IMG/VR virus record: IMGVR_UViG_3300006899_000005
Strand: one strand, 5' to 3'
Origin: a virus
DNA length: 64,000 nt
How positions within the stretch are numbered: position 1 is the stretch's first letter; the number at the start of each line of letters is the position of its first letter. The translations under genes and the position numbers were made by a program. Positions 30,283 to 41,182 of the stretch are shown here, piece by piece. Under the pieces are notes generated by a model. That model was not told the origin of the DNA. It searched no databases and saw only the letters and a list, made by a program, of their open reading frames with translations.

Positions 30283-30768
30283 CTAGAACACTTTTAGCGT
30301 CCCGCTCAGACCATGTTCCTTCATGAGGCCGAGCGTATGCATCGTGCCGTTCGTCTTGCTGTCTTTGTCGTGCATGGCGAGGCACAGGACATGATGTCCA
30401 TCGTTGGCCATCCTGGCCGCCTCCTGCACGATCCGCTTGTTCCTCTCCAGGGGGTGGACGGGCGATGGCGACCAGATACTGATGGTCCCGTCTGGCGAAG
30501 TAAATATCCTTCCGTCGCACCGGATCTGCATGTGGGACACGTTCGACTTCTTGCCGACCGTCTCCGCCGCCTCGTTGCGGACGCTCACCCATGTGCTCGC
30601 CCATGTGTCAGGGCCCTCAGCTTCCCCGCTGACGACGACGAGACTTTCTTCCGGGAACGAGTTCCACCACTCGAACATGAAACGGCGAAAAGACTCCAAG
30701 GCTTCGGCCCTCTTCGGGTTCTTCATGTCTCCCAGAGTCCTCGATCCTGTCACGACCATGATTCTCAT
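30283..30768 (-). CDS. SLOG/YspA-like (DUF2493-like) protein
   Basis: VVTGSR, SGEAEGPD, RNKRIV, GTMHT. Confidence 0.75.
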   Translation of the reverse strand: MRIMVVTGSRTLGDMKNPKRAEALESFRRFMFEWWNSFPEESLVVVSGEAEGPDTWASTWVSVRNEAAETVGKKSNVSHMQIRCDGRIFTSPDGTISIWSPSPVHPLERNKRIVQEAARMANDGHHVLCLAMHDKDSKTNGTMHTLGLMKEHGLSGTLKVF

Positions 30769-30984
30769 AACTCACCCTCGCAGTCAGGACAAAGAACGTT
30801 CCTGCCTCCTGGCATACACTTGTCGCAGCCTTCGTAGAGGCAAGCTGGGCACTCGTAGAACCCAGTCTCTTTGAAGAACGCCGCGTCGTCTTCGCTCAGC
30901 TCGATTCCACACCCAGGGCACGTATCATCGTCTTCCATGTTCGTATCTTGACATGATTCGTCATACATGCAAGCCTCTTCGACC

Positions 30985-31791
30985 ATGAACGTCTCCTGCA
31001 ACGGCTACCTCCACGACAACAACCGCCCCATCCGTCCACTCTACGTCGGCACGGCAGCCAGGGCTCACCTCCCCGACTCTGTCCATCTCTGGACGCCACC
31101 CGTCCTCGACCAGGGCCAATCCATGGCCTGCACGGGCATGGCAGGCGCCGTCATGGTCGACGTGGCAGCCCACAACATGGGAAAGGACTTCCGCGCGAGC
31201 CCCCGCGGCCTCTGGACCCTGGCCCGCTATTCTCTGTTCTCCCCCGGCGAGCCCCTCCAGAACAGCGGAGCGCACTTCCGCTCGATCTTCGACAACGCCA
31301 TGCGCCTCGGCGTCATCCACGAGGACGACTGCCCGTGGGACCTCAGCAGGCTCAACGAGGACATCGGCTTCGACGCCACGATAGCTGGCCAGGGGCAGAG
31401 GCTCTCGGTGGAGGGCTGGTACAGCCTCGACGAGACCGGCGACGATCGGATGATCGCCATCCAGTCGGCGCTCGCCCAGGGCTTTGCGGTGGGCGGAGCC
31501 TGGAGGGTCACGGAGCAGTTCTGCCGCCTGGAGAAGAACATCATCATGGCGAGGTTCGAGATCCCAGACCATGGCGTCGACAGCGTGGTCTACGACGACG
31601 ACATCGACACCTCTCCTTGGGCTGGGAATCACGCGATGACCATCGTGGGGTACGTCACCCTGGAAGGTCAGCCATGGTTCAAGATCCAGAACTCGTGGGG
31701 CCGATCCTTCGGCGACGGTGGCTTCTTCTGGGTTCACCGCGACTTCGTGGATGAGGCGTGGGATCTCACCGTCGTGAGGGCGATTCCTTGA
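30985..31791 (+). CDS. papain-like C1 cysteine peptidase
   Basis: DQGQSMAC, NHAMTIVGY, QNSWG. Confidence 0.9.
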   Translation: MNVSCNGYLHDNNRPIRPLYVGTAARAHLPDSVHLWTPPVLDQGQSMACTGMAGAVMVDVAAHNMGKDFRASPRGLWTLARYSLFSPGEPLQNSGAHFRSIFDNAMRLGVIHEDDCPWDLSRLNEDIGFDATIAGQGQRLSVEGWYSLDETGDDRMIAIQSALAQGFAVGGAWRVTEQFCRLEKNIIMARFEIPDHGVDSVVYDDDIDTSPWAGNHAMTIVGYVTLEGQPWFKIQNSWGRSFGDGGFFWVHRDFVDEAWDLTVVRAIP

Positions 31792-32807
31792 TCAAGTACC
31801 TCGGCAGCAAAAGGCGACTCGTCGTGGACATCATGTCCATCATCAAAGGTCTCGATGGCGTCAGAGACATCGTCGACCTCTTCTCTGGAGCCTGTCACGT
31901 CTCCTTGGCTGCGAAGAAGTCCGGCTACAACGTAACTTCCGTTGACAACGCGACGTACGCCTACGTCATTGCGAAAGCATACATGTGCTGCGATCCCTCG
32001 ATGTCGGAGCGAGTCTCGAAGGAGATCGAGAGGCTCCAGACCATGGATGGCGTGGACGGGTACTTCGTCGACACGTTCTGCCGAAAGTCCAGGTTCTTCC
32101 AGGAGAAGAACGGCATGAAGATTCAGGCCATTCGAAGGGAGATCGATCTGATCGACGACCACTTCCTGAAGATGGCTCTTCTCACTTCGCTCATGGAGGC
32201 GGCAGACCGTGTGGACTCCACCGTGGGTCAGCAGATGGCGTACCTGAAGTCGTGGTCTGCGAGGTCTTTCAACGATCTTGAGATGAGGGTTCCCGAGTTC
32301 GTCCAATACTGCCCAGGCCAAGCTTGCTCGGCATACCTCTCTGACGCGATCGAGTCTTCCAACCACCTGTCTGGTGACCTGTTCTACCTGGATCCTCCCT
32401 ACAACGAGCACAGGTACAGGGCCTACTACCATGTCTGGGAAACTCTCTGCCGCTGGGACAACCCGGAGCACTACGGCGTGGCTTGCAAGAGGGTGGACCT
32501 GAAGGCCGACCCGAGCTTCTTCAACAGAAAGAAGACGTGCGAGTGGGCCATCCGAGAGGTCGTCAAGAACGCTGACTGCAAGTACATCCTCGCTTCCTAC
32601 AGCAACGAGGGTCATGTCTCGAAGGAGACAATGATGGACATCCTGTCCTCCCGAGGAGATGTCACTGTCAAGGAGGTGAGCATCCGAAGGAACGTGCAGG
32701 GCGTCATCGGCAAGCACAGCCCCAAGGGCGAGTGGAAGGGAGGAGAGGACAGGTCGCACGGGGAAGCGACGGAGTACCTATTCCTTGTGAAGTGCCATGA
32801 AGGATTA
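31788..32807 (+). CDS. D12-class DNA adenine methyltransferase (ends at TTA)
   Basis: YLGSK, DLFSG, YLDPPY, SYSNEG; family C-terminal 'EYLF' is followed within 7 codons by TTA at 32805. Confidence 0.85.
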
Positions 32808-33534
32808 TCGCTCTCCCGGCTTCAGCGAGAGCGCGACCGAGAAGCGCGTGTGCAGGCGCAAGCTCTGCAAGGACGAGTTCCTCTGCAACAAGACCAGCAC
32901 GCGCCTCTACTGCACCGACAAGTGCAACGCGATGGAGAGCGCGATCGTTCGGGCAGAGAAGGAGGAGGCCGTCAAGCGCATCGTCGAGACGCAGAAGTGC
33001 CCTCTCTGCGAGAAGAAGGGCCTGCGGAACTCGCTGGGCAGGAACAGGACGCTGATCTACTGCCTGAACAAGGACTGCGACTACAGCTTCATCTACGGCA
33101 AGAGGGGCGGAAAGTCAGGGTTCGCCGTGGAGCCTGTTGAGGACGACGCCGACGATGATGAGAAGGATGAGGCAGACGGAGAAGACTCCGGAGAAGACGA
33201 GGACTCCGGCTCCGAAGAGAGCGACTCCTCGGTCGATTCCAAGCTTGAATCCGAAGCCGAAGGTGTCGGTGAGGAACACGAAGAAGAGGAAAGCGAGGAA
33301 AGCGAAGGCAGCGGTGAGGCTGAGGCAATGGGAGAGGAGGCTGACGATCCTCCAGAGGGTCCAACGGTGGAGGAACTCACGGAAGGATGCGGCCTGTTCA
33401 CCGAGCAGACGCCTCGCCTGACCGACAAGCAGCTTGCCTGCCTTCTTGCCATACGAACGGAGGAGGAGCGTTCGAGGATTCTTGCTCTCGCAAAGGGCTT
33501 GCATGATGTCATACATATGATAAAGTCGATGTTA
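32797..33534 (+). CDS. Zn-finger plus acidic-region protein (ends at TTA, TTATG overlap)
   Basis: Several Cys clusters and a D/E-rich stretch. Confidence 0.6.
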
Positions 33535-33830
33535 TGGCAAGCAAGAAAGACATCATGTCCTCCGCCCTCGTCCTCCTGGCCCTTTCCTGCCGCGAGCCAG
33601 AGCGTCCTCGGCCTCCGGCGCCGCCTCCCGACAAGGCTTGCGAGGCTGCCTGCCAGCGGAGGGAGGAGCTGAAGGTGGAGTGCCCTGCGAGGGTCTCGGT
33701 GACGGTGCAGGAATGTACCAAGAGGTGCAACGACGCGGAGGCCATACGGCCCGGCATCACGCACGCGACCTGCGTGGCCACGTCGCTGGACTGCAAAGAG
33801 ATGCGCGACTGCGCTGGGGAGGGGCGTTGA
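33534..33830 (+). CDS. Cys-rich lipoprotein
   Basis: Lipobox LALSC and multiple Cys. Confidence 0.65.
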   Translation: MASKKDIMSSALVLLALSCREPERPRPPAPPPDKACEAACQRREELKVECPARVSVTVQECTKRCNDAEAIRPGITHATCVATSLDCKEMRDCAGEGR

Positions 33831-34360
33831 CCCGCGACTTTCAACTCCCGTCCCCCATCAACCACACGCTGGTCGTCGTGGGAGGGGACACGATGTCCGA
33901 CTACGACAACGCCTGGCGCCGGGCCTTTATCGTGCTTCAGAACCGCATCCGTCCGAACGGCAGAGGCGCCATCGTCCTCGCCGGCCCGAGGCCAGGGACT
34001 CCAGACGCCCTGGCGTCGAAGGCAGCGCGAGAGCTGGACATGATCCACGTCAAGCTAGCCCACGATGGGAAGGTGGTCGCTACCACGCCCATGCGGACGG
34101 AGCTTGGCCAGCCCGACCCCCGCTCGGACAGGACGATCGGCAAGTGGGCAGGCTCAGACGCCTGCGACGAGGTGATGATGGATCAGCTTGCTCGGCAAGC
34201 CTACGTCGCCGCCATGTCGAACTGGAAGGTCCACGTCGTGATCTTCCATGGCTGGAAGGGCGAGTACCGAGGCGAGCTTCTGTCGGAACGGATGAAACAC
34301 CTGGGCCTCAGGACGGACGGGCTGGACTTCGCCATCAACGGCGCATTCTTGGAGAGGTAG
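33827..34360 (+). CDS. hypothetical protein, possibly SLOG-like
   Basis: VVVGG, GTPD; loosely resembles 30283..30768. Confidence 0.5.
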   Translation: MTRDFQLPSPINHTLVVVGGDTMSDYDNAWRRAFIVLQNRIRPNGRGAIVLAGPRPGTPDALASKAARELDMIHVKLAHDGKVVATTPMRTELGQPDPRSDRTIGKWAGSDACDEVMMDQLARQAYVAAMSNWKVHVVIFHGWKGEYRGELLSERMKHLGLRTDGLDFAINGAFLER

Positions 34361-34984
34361 ATGAGACCAATACCCCTCAGCCACGAAGGCGTCGTGTACG
34401 CCTACGCCTGCGGGAAATGCTTCCGCGTTCCTCCTGCCGGGATGGAGATGATCTGCTCCGTCAACCCGGCCGACCACGTCGCAAGGATCTGCGACACAGC
34501 AGAGAGGCACCGCCGCGAGGCGGAATACTGCTGCATGTGCTACGACTGCAAGAAAGAGAAGTTCCACAGCGAGCTTGTTCTGAACCGCTGCGACGATTGC
34601 TTCAAGAAGCACATGGCCATCGTTCGAGATAGCGAACTGGAGTTTGCGGAGAAGCTCCTTGAGCTTGATAAGAGATTCAAGGAGGCTCTCGAACGAGCCG
34701 GCACGACGGAGGAGAAGGCGTACGACCTCTACCGGAAGATGGCAGAGATGTCGGAGAGCCAATACGCCGCGGGCTGGTGCGTCGGCTTCGAGTTCGATCT
34801 CTGGGAGCAGATTCAGACAAAGTCCGACAGGCCGTTCAACGCTCACGACGTTGCCGAGATCATCACGTTGTACAACGAGTGCAGCGGGTGGTGGGTCCAC
34901 GACGATCACTTCAAGGATCAAGTTTTCCTGTCCCTGCGCGAGTGGAAGGAACTCTATGACAGGCGAGCGATCAGGGGTGAGTTA
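34361..34984 (+). CDS. Cys-rich hypothetical protein (TTA at 34982; TGA two codons later)
   Basis: CxxC motifs, YAAGW. Confidence 0.6.
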
Positions 34985-34997
34985 TCATGAGGACATC

Positions 34998-35387
34998 ATG
35001 TCCTCACGAGAAAAGCCCTGGATGAGCCTGCGCGCCATCGACCGACTCAGGCCCGAGATGGTCAAGCGCCACGTCAGCGAGGTGGCCCGCAGCCCGAGGG
35101 GATTTCTCCGGCAGTACCGCGAGGCGGGCGGCAGGCTCTCCGGGCTGTCTCCCTACTGGAGGCGCCGCCGCAACAACTTCGTCAAGAGGCACCTGGCTCA
35201 GGCCCGGAACAACCGGGAGAAGCTCTGGGACCCCAAGAAGAAGCGATACAGCCGCAGGGGCCTGGCCCTTGTGGCCTGGGCCTACGACCCGAAGAAGTTT
35301 CGCAGGAACGAAGAGGTCAATAAGACGGACATCTGGGGCTTCCTCGGTCTGGCCGCCATCGTCGGATGGTTCGTGTGGAAGAAATGA
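34998..35387 (+). CDS. basic protein with C-terminal TM
   Basis: Arg-rich, W...RNNFVKRH, LVAWAYDP; start inside palindrome. Confidence 0.65.
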   Translation: MSSREKPWMSLRAIDRLRPEMVKRHVSEVARSPRGFLRQYREAGGRLSGLSPYWRRRRNNFVKRHLAQARNNREKLWDPKKKRYSRRGLALVAWAYDPKKFRRNEEVNKTDIWGFLGLAAIVGWFVWKK

Positions 35388-35983
35388 AGCCGTCTCAAGC
35401 CAGGCGCATCGTCAACTCAACTATCTCCGAGTGGAGAACGAAGGACACCTTCGCTGAAGCTTGCTGGATGATGGCCCGCTGCGTCCGGCAGAACCTGTGG
35501 ACTCCAGGGAACTTTATTCCAACCACGGACGAGGAGTACGTCGAGGTTGCCTCGTCAGGCATGGACGAAGAAACAAAAGCAATCTCGAACGAACTTGCGG
35601 AGCTGAACGAGCTTGGTTTCCTCACGCTTTTCTCGCAGCCTTCGTCCTCGGGCCGAATCTTCCAGTTGGAAGCTTTCTCCGGCCTGATGATCCACGACGT
35701 TGCCTTGGAGGCCAAGAGGATGCTGCCCAACCTTTTTTTCGACATCGAACCTTCCCGCGTTCGAAGGCCGATTACATGGAAGGATGGCAAGGTTTTTACG
35801 AGGAACTCTCCCCAGCCCATCGAGATGACCTTGAGGGGCATGTCGGAGCAGGGACTTTCGTCCAAGTTGATCCATCAGATTCGATCGATCTGCAAGTCGG
35901 TCGCCGTCACGTCCAAGGAACATGGCCCCGGTGCCATCGAGGATACGATCGAATGTCTTGACATCATCATGTCCCGTCGCTAA
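35384..35983 (+). CDS. hypothetical protein (DUF6919-like)
   Basis: LAELNELGFLT..SQP motif. Confidence 0.5.
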   Translation: MKPSQARRIVNSTISEWRTKDTFAEACWMMARCVRQNLWTPGNFIPTTDEEYVEVASSGMDEETKAISNELAELNELGFLTLFSQPSSSGRIFQLEAFSGLMIHDVALEAKRMLPNLFFDIEPSRVRRPITWKDGKVFTRNSPQPIEMTLRGMSEQGLSSKLIHQIRSICKSVAVTSKEHGPGAIEDTIECLDIIMSRR

Positions 35984-36071
35984 GATTCTTTCCATGTTGT
36001 GAATGTCGAGATCCTCCATTCGTCTCCCTCTGCCCCGGAACCATCAACCCCGAGAAGAAGAGAGAGACACC

Positions 36072-36515
36072 ATGAAAAAAAGCAACAGGTACTGGATCAT
36101 CGAGCTGGTTCGTTTCCGCGTCAAAGACGACGCATCGAGCCAGACGAAGCTTCGGAGCGAAGAGCGCGACATCCACATGGACCGCGTCGTCATCGACGGC
36201 AAGCGTCATAGTCCATGGTCCACGAAGGAAGAGCGCTATGCCGCAGTATCCTTCAAGCGCAGGGATCGGCTCTGGGCCAGGCATGGCATACGCCATCGCC
36301 TCCTCGCCTACGCCTTCCTACGCGGCGTTCCCCTGCGCAAGGTTGAGTCGAAAAGCTCGACGGAGCCCGATGGATACTTCATCAAGGAGTTCATCAAGGC
36401 TCGCGTGTGTGACATGTTCCCTGACCCGCAGAGGCAAAAGGACACCATGTCCGAGTGCCTGGAGGGGCTGGACGAGTGGCTTGCCGAGGGGAAGACCGAT
36501 GCCTCCCAAGCTTTA
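36072..36515 (+). CDS. phage hypothetical protein (ends at TTA)
   Basis: RHRLLAYAFLRG.P...VE motif; TTA at 36513 just inside the Pth2 gene. Confidence 0.65.
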
Positions 36516-36813
36516 CCTCGTCACGCGCCGTGACCTGGCAGCGGGTCTAGCCGCCGCCCAGATCGCCCATGCCGCCATCCTCTGGGCCACCTCTCGGCCC
36601 ATAGAAGAGGTCCGCGAGTGGATGGAGAAGAGCAACACCGTCGTCATCTGCACCGTCGCCGACGAGGCGGAGCTGAAAGAGAAGCTGGCCACTGCCCCGG
36701 CCGGCCTGGGGTTCGCCGACCCCGACATCAACGGCGAGCTGACGGCCATCGCCCTGGACCCCGGAAACAGCAGCAAGAAAGAATGTAGGGGCCTACCTCT
36801 TTTTCTTGCTTGA
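36499..36813 (+). CDS. peptidyl-tRNA hydrolase, Pth2 family
   Basis: KLYLVTRRDL..G..AAQIAHAA, W.....VV, EAEL, DPD...ELTAIA..P, LPL. Confidence 0.8.
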   Translation: MPPKLYLVTRRDLAAGLAAAQIAHAAILWATSRPIEEVREWMEKSNTVVICTVADEAELKEKLATAPAGLGFADPDINGELTAIALDPGNSSKKECRGLPLFLA

Positions 36814-36838
36814 CACCGTGATCCTTGCTAAGTATGAC
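36810..36838 (+). promoter_or_regulatory. sigma70-like promoter for the tRNA region
   Basis: TTGACA-N17-TATGAC. Confidence 0.55.
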
Positions 36839-36898
36839 ATCCCTGGGCGCTAGGCATAGGGCCCTTGGCCTCCGCCGCAATGGTGCGGTGGGGCTTCT

Positions 36899-36972
36899 AC
36901 TCCCGTAGCTCAGTTGGTAGAGCAGGACGATTTCAACCGCAGCAGTCGTGGGTTCGAATCCTACCGGGAGTG
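36899..36972 (+). tRNA. atypical or pseudo-tRNA (intact acceptor, D and T arms; unpaired anticodon arm)
   Basis: ACTCCCG/CGGGAGT, GCTC-AGTTGGTA-GAGC, GTGGG-TTCGAAT-CCTAC; GGACGATTTCAACCGCAG does not form a 5-bp stem. Confidence 0.7.
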
Positions 36973-36976
36973 CAAG

Positions 36977-37159
36977 ATGACGACGAAAGGAACGATGGAG
37001 GTTGGCTACACAGTCTGGTGCGGCGAGTGTGGCGACTGGGGGCAAACGACAGGCTCGAAGGCCAGGTGCGCGAAGGTGTTCCGAGGCAGAGGCTGGAAAC
37101 TTACGAAAGATCGCGGGTGGCTTTGTAAGCCATGTTACAACAAGATCAAGTCTTCGTAG
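36977..37159 (+). CDS. small Zn-finger protein between the two tRNAs
   Basis: WCGECG...GW...WLCKPC. Confidence 0.6.
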   Translation: MTTKGTMEVGYTVWCGECGDWGQTTGSKARCAKVFRGRGWKLTKDRGWLCKPCYNKIKSS

Positions 37160-37225
37160 CTCAGCAGGAAGAGCAACAGTTTCCTAAACTGTAGGTCGCC
37201 CGTTCGAACCGGGCCGGAGACGCCA
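37150..37225 (+). tRNA. tRNA-Arg(CCT)
   Basis: GTCTTCG/CGGAGAC acceptor, ACAGT-TTCCTAA-ACTGT anticodon arm, GCCCG-TTCGAAC-CGGGC, encoded CCA. Confidence 0.92.
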
Positions 37226-37323
37226 GTCGGCGACATGCCGATGCAGAAGCTCGCGGAGGCTTCCTCGGAAGAGGGCCTGTGAGGCGAGAACCGTTGTACT
37301 GCCACAGCTCGACGATAGACATC

Positions 37324-37767
37324 ATGTCCTACCGAGAAAACGCACCGCAGGATCAAGAGGAGAAGAAGCCCATGCACTCGACAGCGAAGCGCTACTTCAT
37401 GGCCACGATAACGGCTGGGTTTTCCTGCTTCATCTCGCTTGAGCTTTTCTCGTCCGACCCGATAAGGAGCAACCCGGTGAGAAACGCCCTGCTGGCTTCT
37501 CTCCTTATGTCTGTTATCGGGTTCGTGTTCCAGGTATTCTCGATCGTTGACTCCATCGAGACGAAACACCCTCTAGACAAGACCCTCAATAGGCTCATCT
37601 TCTTTGAGCTCACTTCTGCCTCATTTGCCCCATTCTCCTCGTACCTGTTTTACATAACATCTGGCCCCATTTCGGGAGTGTTCATCGGTACCGCTTGCCT
37701 CTTCTGGACCTCTTTGATTTCATGCTTCCTTGGCATCCTTGGCAACCTTGACACCAAGAGGTCCTTA
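37324..37767 (+). CDS. four-TM membrane protein (ends at TTA)
   Basis: Four hydrophobic helices, then TTA 2 nt before the next start. Confidence 0.65.
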
Positions 37768-37769
37768 CC

Positions 37770-38780
37770 TTGTTCAAAAACTGCGACCACTGCTACCTGG
37801 CACGAACCTCGGGCCGCTTCGAAGAGGCCCTCAACTGCGGCTACTGCAAGGGTCGCGGCATCGTTCGAGACGCCAACTCGTTCGTCTGCAACATGTGCTC
37901 CGGCAAGCTCGTCGGCGACATGAACCTCCTTGGCCTCACCGACTGCACGGTCAGCGGAGCCTACGACTCGACCCACCTTGCGGACACGATGTCCTACAAG
38001 TTTTCCATGTGCGAGGGGTGCCTCAAGAAGCTTTTTGACAGCTTCGCCATTCCTCCGGCCGTTTCTTCCTACATGGGAGCTGGGTACGAGAGCTACCAGG
38101 AGATCGAGGAGGCCAAGAAGAAGCACGAGTGGTTCAAAGGCGGAGCGGTGCAGAAGCTGGCCACTGGCCTGTGCAACGCCACGGAAGATTGCGGAGGCAA
38201 CGCCGAGTTCTTCCTTGTGGACCATGGCAAGTTCTCCGGCAAGGGTTTCTGCTCAGGCTGCGTGGAGGGGAAGAGAAGAAAAGGCTCTGACGGGTGGCTT
38301 GACTCGTGGATTCACATGGAAACCTACCTTTGCGTAGGTTCCGATGATTGGAATCGCGTTCTCGCGGAGCGTTACTTCGTCAGGATGATCGAGATAGGCG
38401 AATACTCGAAGGAAGACCTATGCGTCGAGAGGTTCCCCGACGACATCCTGCTCATCGCCGCTGGCGTCGAGCGGAACCAAGACGACGACGGAAGCTGCTC
38501 CGTGCGCCTCGTGTTCGCCCCCTACGTCTTCGACATACCATCGGAGTCCATGGCCGACACGCTCCTCGAACGAGTGGAGCAAAGCGGCTGTCTTGGCCTT
38601 GAAAAGGCTGAGATTCATGTACGCGGCTTCGGCACCATCATCCTGTGCATCCCCTACCAGCCCGTCCAAGGCGAAGGCTACGACGAGAATTCAGAGCGTT
38701 TCACAGAGTGGGCCAGGTCTCTGTGCAAGGCGACGGGGGTCCCCGTGAAGATTGTCGGCCCGCTGAAAGGCATGAAATGA
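37770..38780 (+). CDS. Cys-rich (DnaJ-type CxxCxGxG-like) hypothetical protein
   Basis: CDHC..., CGYCKGRG and further CxxC pairs. Confidence 0.6.
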   Translation: MFKNCDHCYLARTSGRFEEALNCGYCKGRGIVRDANSFVCNMCSGKLVGDMNLLGLTDCTVSGAYDSTHLADTMSYKFSMCEGCLKKLFDSFAIPPAVSSYMGAGYESYQEIEEAKKKHEWFKGGAVQKLATGLCNATEDCGGNAEFFLVDHGKFSGKGFCSGCVEGKRRKGSDGWLDSWIHMETYLCVGSDDWNRVLAERYFVRMIEIGEYSKEDLCVERFPDDILLIAAGVERNQDDDGSCSVRLVFAPYVFDIPSESMADTLLERVEQSGCLGLEKAEIHVRGFGTIILCIPYQPVQGEGYDENSERFTEWARSLCKATGVPVKIVGPLKGMK

Positions 38781-39898
38781 CCGAAGGTAAGAAGTGGTGG
38801 GATCGGCAAGAATACGATTTCGGCTACGGACCCGAAGTCGACAACGACGGCCTCGCGCGGTGGCCAATGATCAAGCGCGCGCTTTCGGGCGATGGAAGCC
38901 CACCGTTCGAGTGCGTCGTTCGAGGAGACCCACCTCAGGACCCAGAAGATTTCTACCGCAAGGTCCACGATGCTTGCGGCGGCAAGCTCGTCTATTCTTC
39001 TTTGGGAAGATTCGACAACGGATCGTTCGGCAAGGCGAACTTCGTCCTCGCCGACGAGCACATGTCCGTCCACTGCGAGGCAACAAGAGCCAGCGTGTAC
39101 GTTACCACGGACGACGAAGAAAGGACGCTCGAAATCTACAAGAAGCTGTCCGACTTCATGGGAGATGACGAAGAGAACGCTCGGAAGGGATCCGTCTCTG
39201 CCATCTTGACAAGCAATGGCGAGACTGTGATCTCCAAGATTGGCTTTGCCGGCGTCGACCTGGAGGAGTCGAACTACAGCCCCGAAACCATCGAAGGCTT
39301 CCGGTTCATCCAGAGGGACATCGTGTCCGAATCGCCATCGGGCAGGATCCACATCCTCTCGGGGCCTCCCGGGACAGGCAAGACGCATCTGATCCGATCG
39401 TTGCTGTCCACGAAGGGAGCCATCTTCGTGCTGGCAAACACGAGCTGCATCGAGCAGATCCAAGGCCCGTCCCTTCTTCCCGTTCTGCTCAACCACAAGA
39501 GGGATCGCAAGGGGGCGATCGTCCTGATCGTCGAAGACGGCGACAGGTCGATCGTGCCGCGAGACGGAGCCGATTCGAGCGCTGTCACATCCTTGCTGAA
39601 TCTGGGCGACGGCATCCTCGGATCCGTACTCGACATACGCATCGTTGTCACGTCCAACGTGGCGAAGCTAGAGATGGACCGGGCCATCCTTCGCCCAGGG
39701 CGCCTTGGCAAGCACGTCGAGGTGGGCAGGCTGGACCGGAGAGACTCTTTCTCCGTCCTCGAAAGGCTGACTCCTGGGAAGTTCAACATAGCAAGCCTGA
39801 GCGCGACGCACTCTCTGGCCGAGCTGTACGCCATGGCACGCAACGTCGGATGGACACCTTCGAAAGAAAAGAAAGGCATCGGTTTTTCCAATGAGTTA
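38777..39898 (+). CDS. AAA+ ATPase (ends at TTA)
   Basis: GPPGTGKT, LIVEDGD, LLNLGDG, RPGRL, KGIGF tail. Confidence 0.85.
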
Positions 39899-41057
39899 CC
39901 CCCGCCACGCCGTTGATCTCGATGTGGGCCCGATCCCCATATTCCCCGACGAAGACTCCATGGCGCCATCCTTCCTCAAGGGGGCCATGATCGACGGCGG
40001 TCGCCTCATCAAGGCGAATGCCAATTTCTACACCAAGAAAAGCCTCTGCGATGTCGTCGACTTGATCATCAAGTCTTGCAAGGGGAGAGTCTTTGCGGAG
40101 CGAGTCTCTCTTTCCGAAAACGTCGAACCTTGGTCCAAGGTTGTCCTTTCCGAGGATTACTGCGCCGCTGTCAGGAAGACAGGAGACAACAAACGGTGCG
40201 TCATCGAGCTGAACACCACTTCGCAAGGCGTTGTCGATGCCTTCCGGAAGATCATCAAGAAGATCCAGTGTGACCCGCCTCCGCCCGTCGAGGACGAAAG
40301 GGGCAAAGTTCACGCGATGGTCCATTCGATGCGAGGCATCTCCATCGAAGAGGTCGGCTTCGCTGGCGTCAAGTTCGATCCCAGGAACTACTGCCATTCC
40401 GTCACCAAGGACTTCGAGTTCGTCCAGAAGGACATCGTGTCCAGGTTCCCTTCGGGCAGGCTCACGGTCTTCTCGGGACCTCCTGGCACGGGCAAGACGC
40501 ACCTCGTCAAATCGCTGTTGACGCTGCCGGGCGCCGACTTCGTCCTCTTCGACGCCGACTCCGTGGGCAAGGTTCAGGGCCCCCAGATCATGACCACGCT
40601 CCTGAGCCACAAGGGAAACAACGACGAAGAGAGGCCCATCGTCCTTGTCGTCGAAGACGGCGACGACGCGATCCGACAGAGAGGCAAGAGCGAGACGGGG
40701 CTCGTGAGCAACCTGCTGAACCTGACGGATGGCATCGTAGGTTCCGTCGTGGACATCCGAGTCGTGGTGACATCGAACCTGGACAACGTGGACATCGACA
40801 AGGCCGTCCAGCGCAAGGGGCGGCTCAGCCGACACATCCGCGTCGGCCCCCTCACGGTTGCCAGGGCAAACGAGCTGTACTCCAGGCTCGTGGGGAGGAA
40901 TTTGGCGAGGTACAGCAAGGAAATGACGCTGGCCGAGGTCTACGCCGACGCGCGGGACGCAGGGTGGACGCCTGAGAAGAAAGATGACGCTCCGCTTCGC
41001 ACCAAGAAGCGATCGACTCCGAGGACCCACGGAGCGAAAAAGAAAAAACCCACCTGA
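39891..41057 (+). CDS. AAA+ ATPase, tandem paralogue
   Basis: GPPGTGKT, LVVEDGD, LLNLTDG, RKGRL. Confidence 0.85.
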   Translation: MSYPRHAVDLDVGPIPIFPDEDSMAPSFLKGAMIDGGRLIKANANFYTKKSLCDVVDLIIKSCKGRVFAERVSLSENVEPWSKVVLSEDYCAAVRKTGDNKRCVIELNTTSQGVVDAFRKIIKKIQCDPPPPVEDERGKVHAMVHSMRGISIEEVGFAGVKFDPRNYCHSVTKDFEFVQKDIVSRFPSGRLTVFSGPPGTGKTHLVKSLLTLPGADFVLFDADSVGKVQGPQIMTTLLSHKGNNDEERPIVLVVEDGDDAIRQRGKSETGLVSNLLNLTDGIVGSVVDIRVVVTSNLDNVDIDKAVQRKGRLSRHIRVGPLTVARANELYSRLVGRNLARYSKEMTLAEVYADARDAGWTPEKKDDAPLRTKKRSTPRTHGAKKKKPT

Positions 41058-41182
41058 TGCGCTGTGCCAGCTTCCGCTGGCCATCGGCGAGGTGGGTGTG
41101 TTGAAACCAACGTAGCAGCCGGCGATCGGCCGGTCAAGAAGCTCGTCGAGGCGACCTCAAAAGAGAGCCTGTGAAGCGAGAA

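Noticed and set aside
36899..36972. Calling this tRNA-Glu(TTC), an opal suppressor (TCA) or tRNA-Leu(CAA)
   Set aside because: The anticodon stem does not pair, so the register and identity cannot be fixed.
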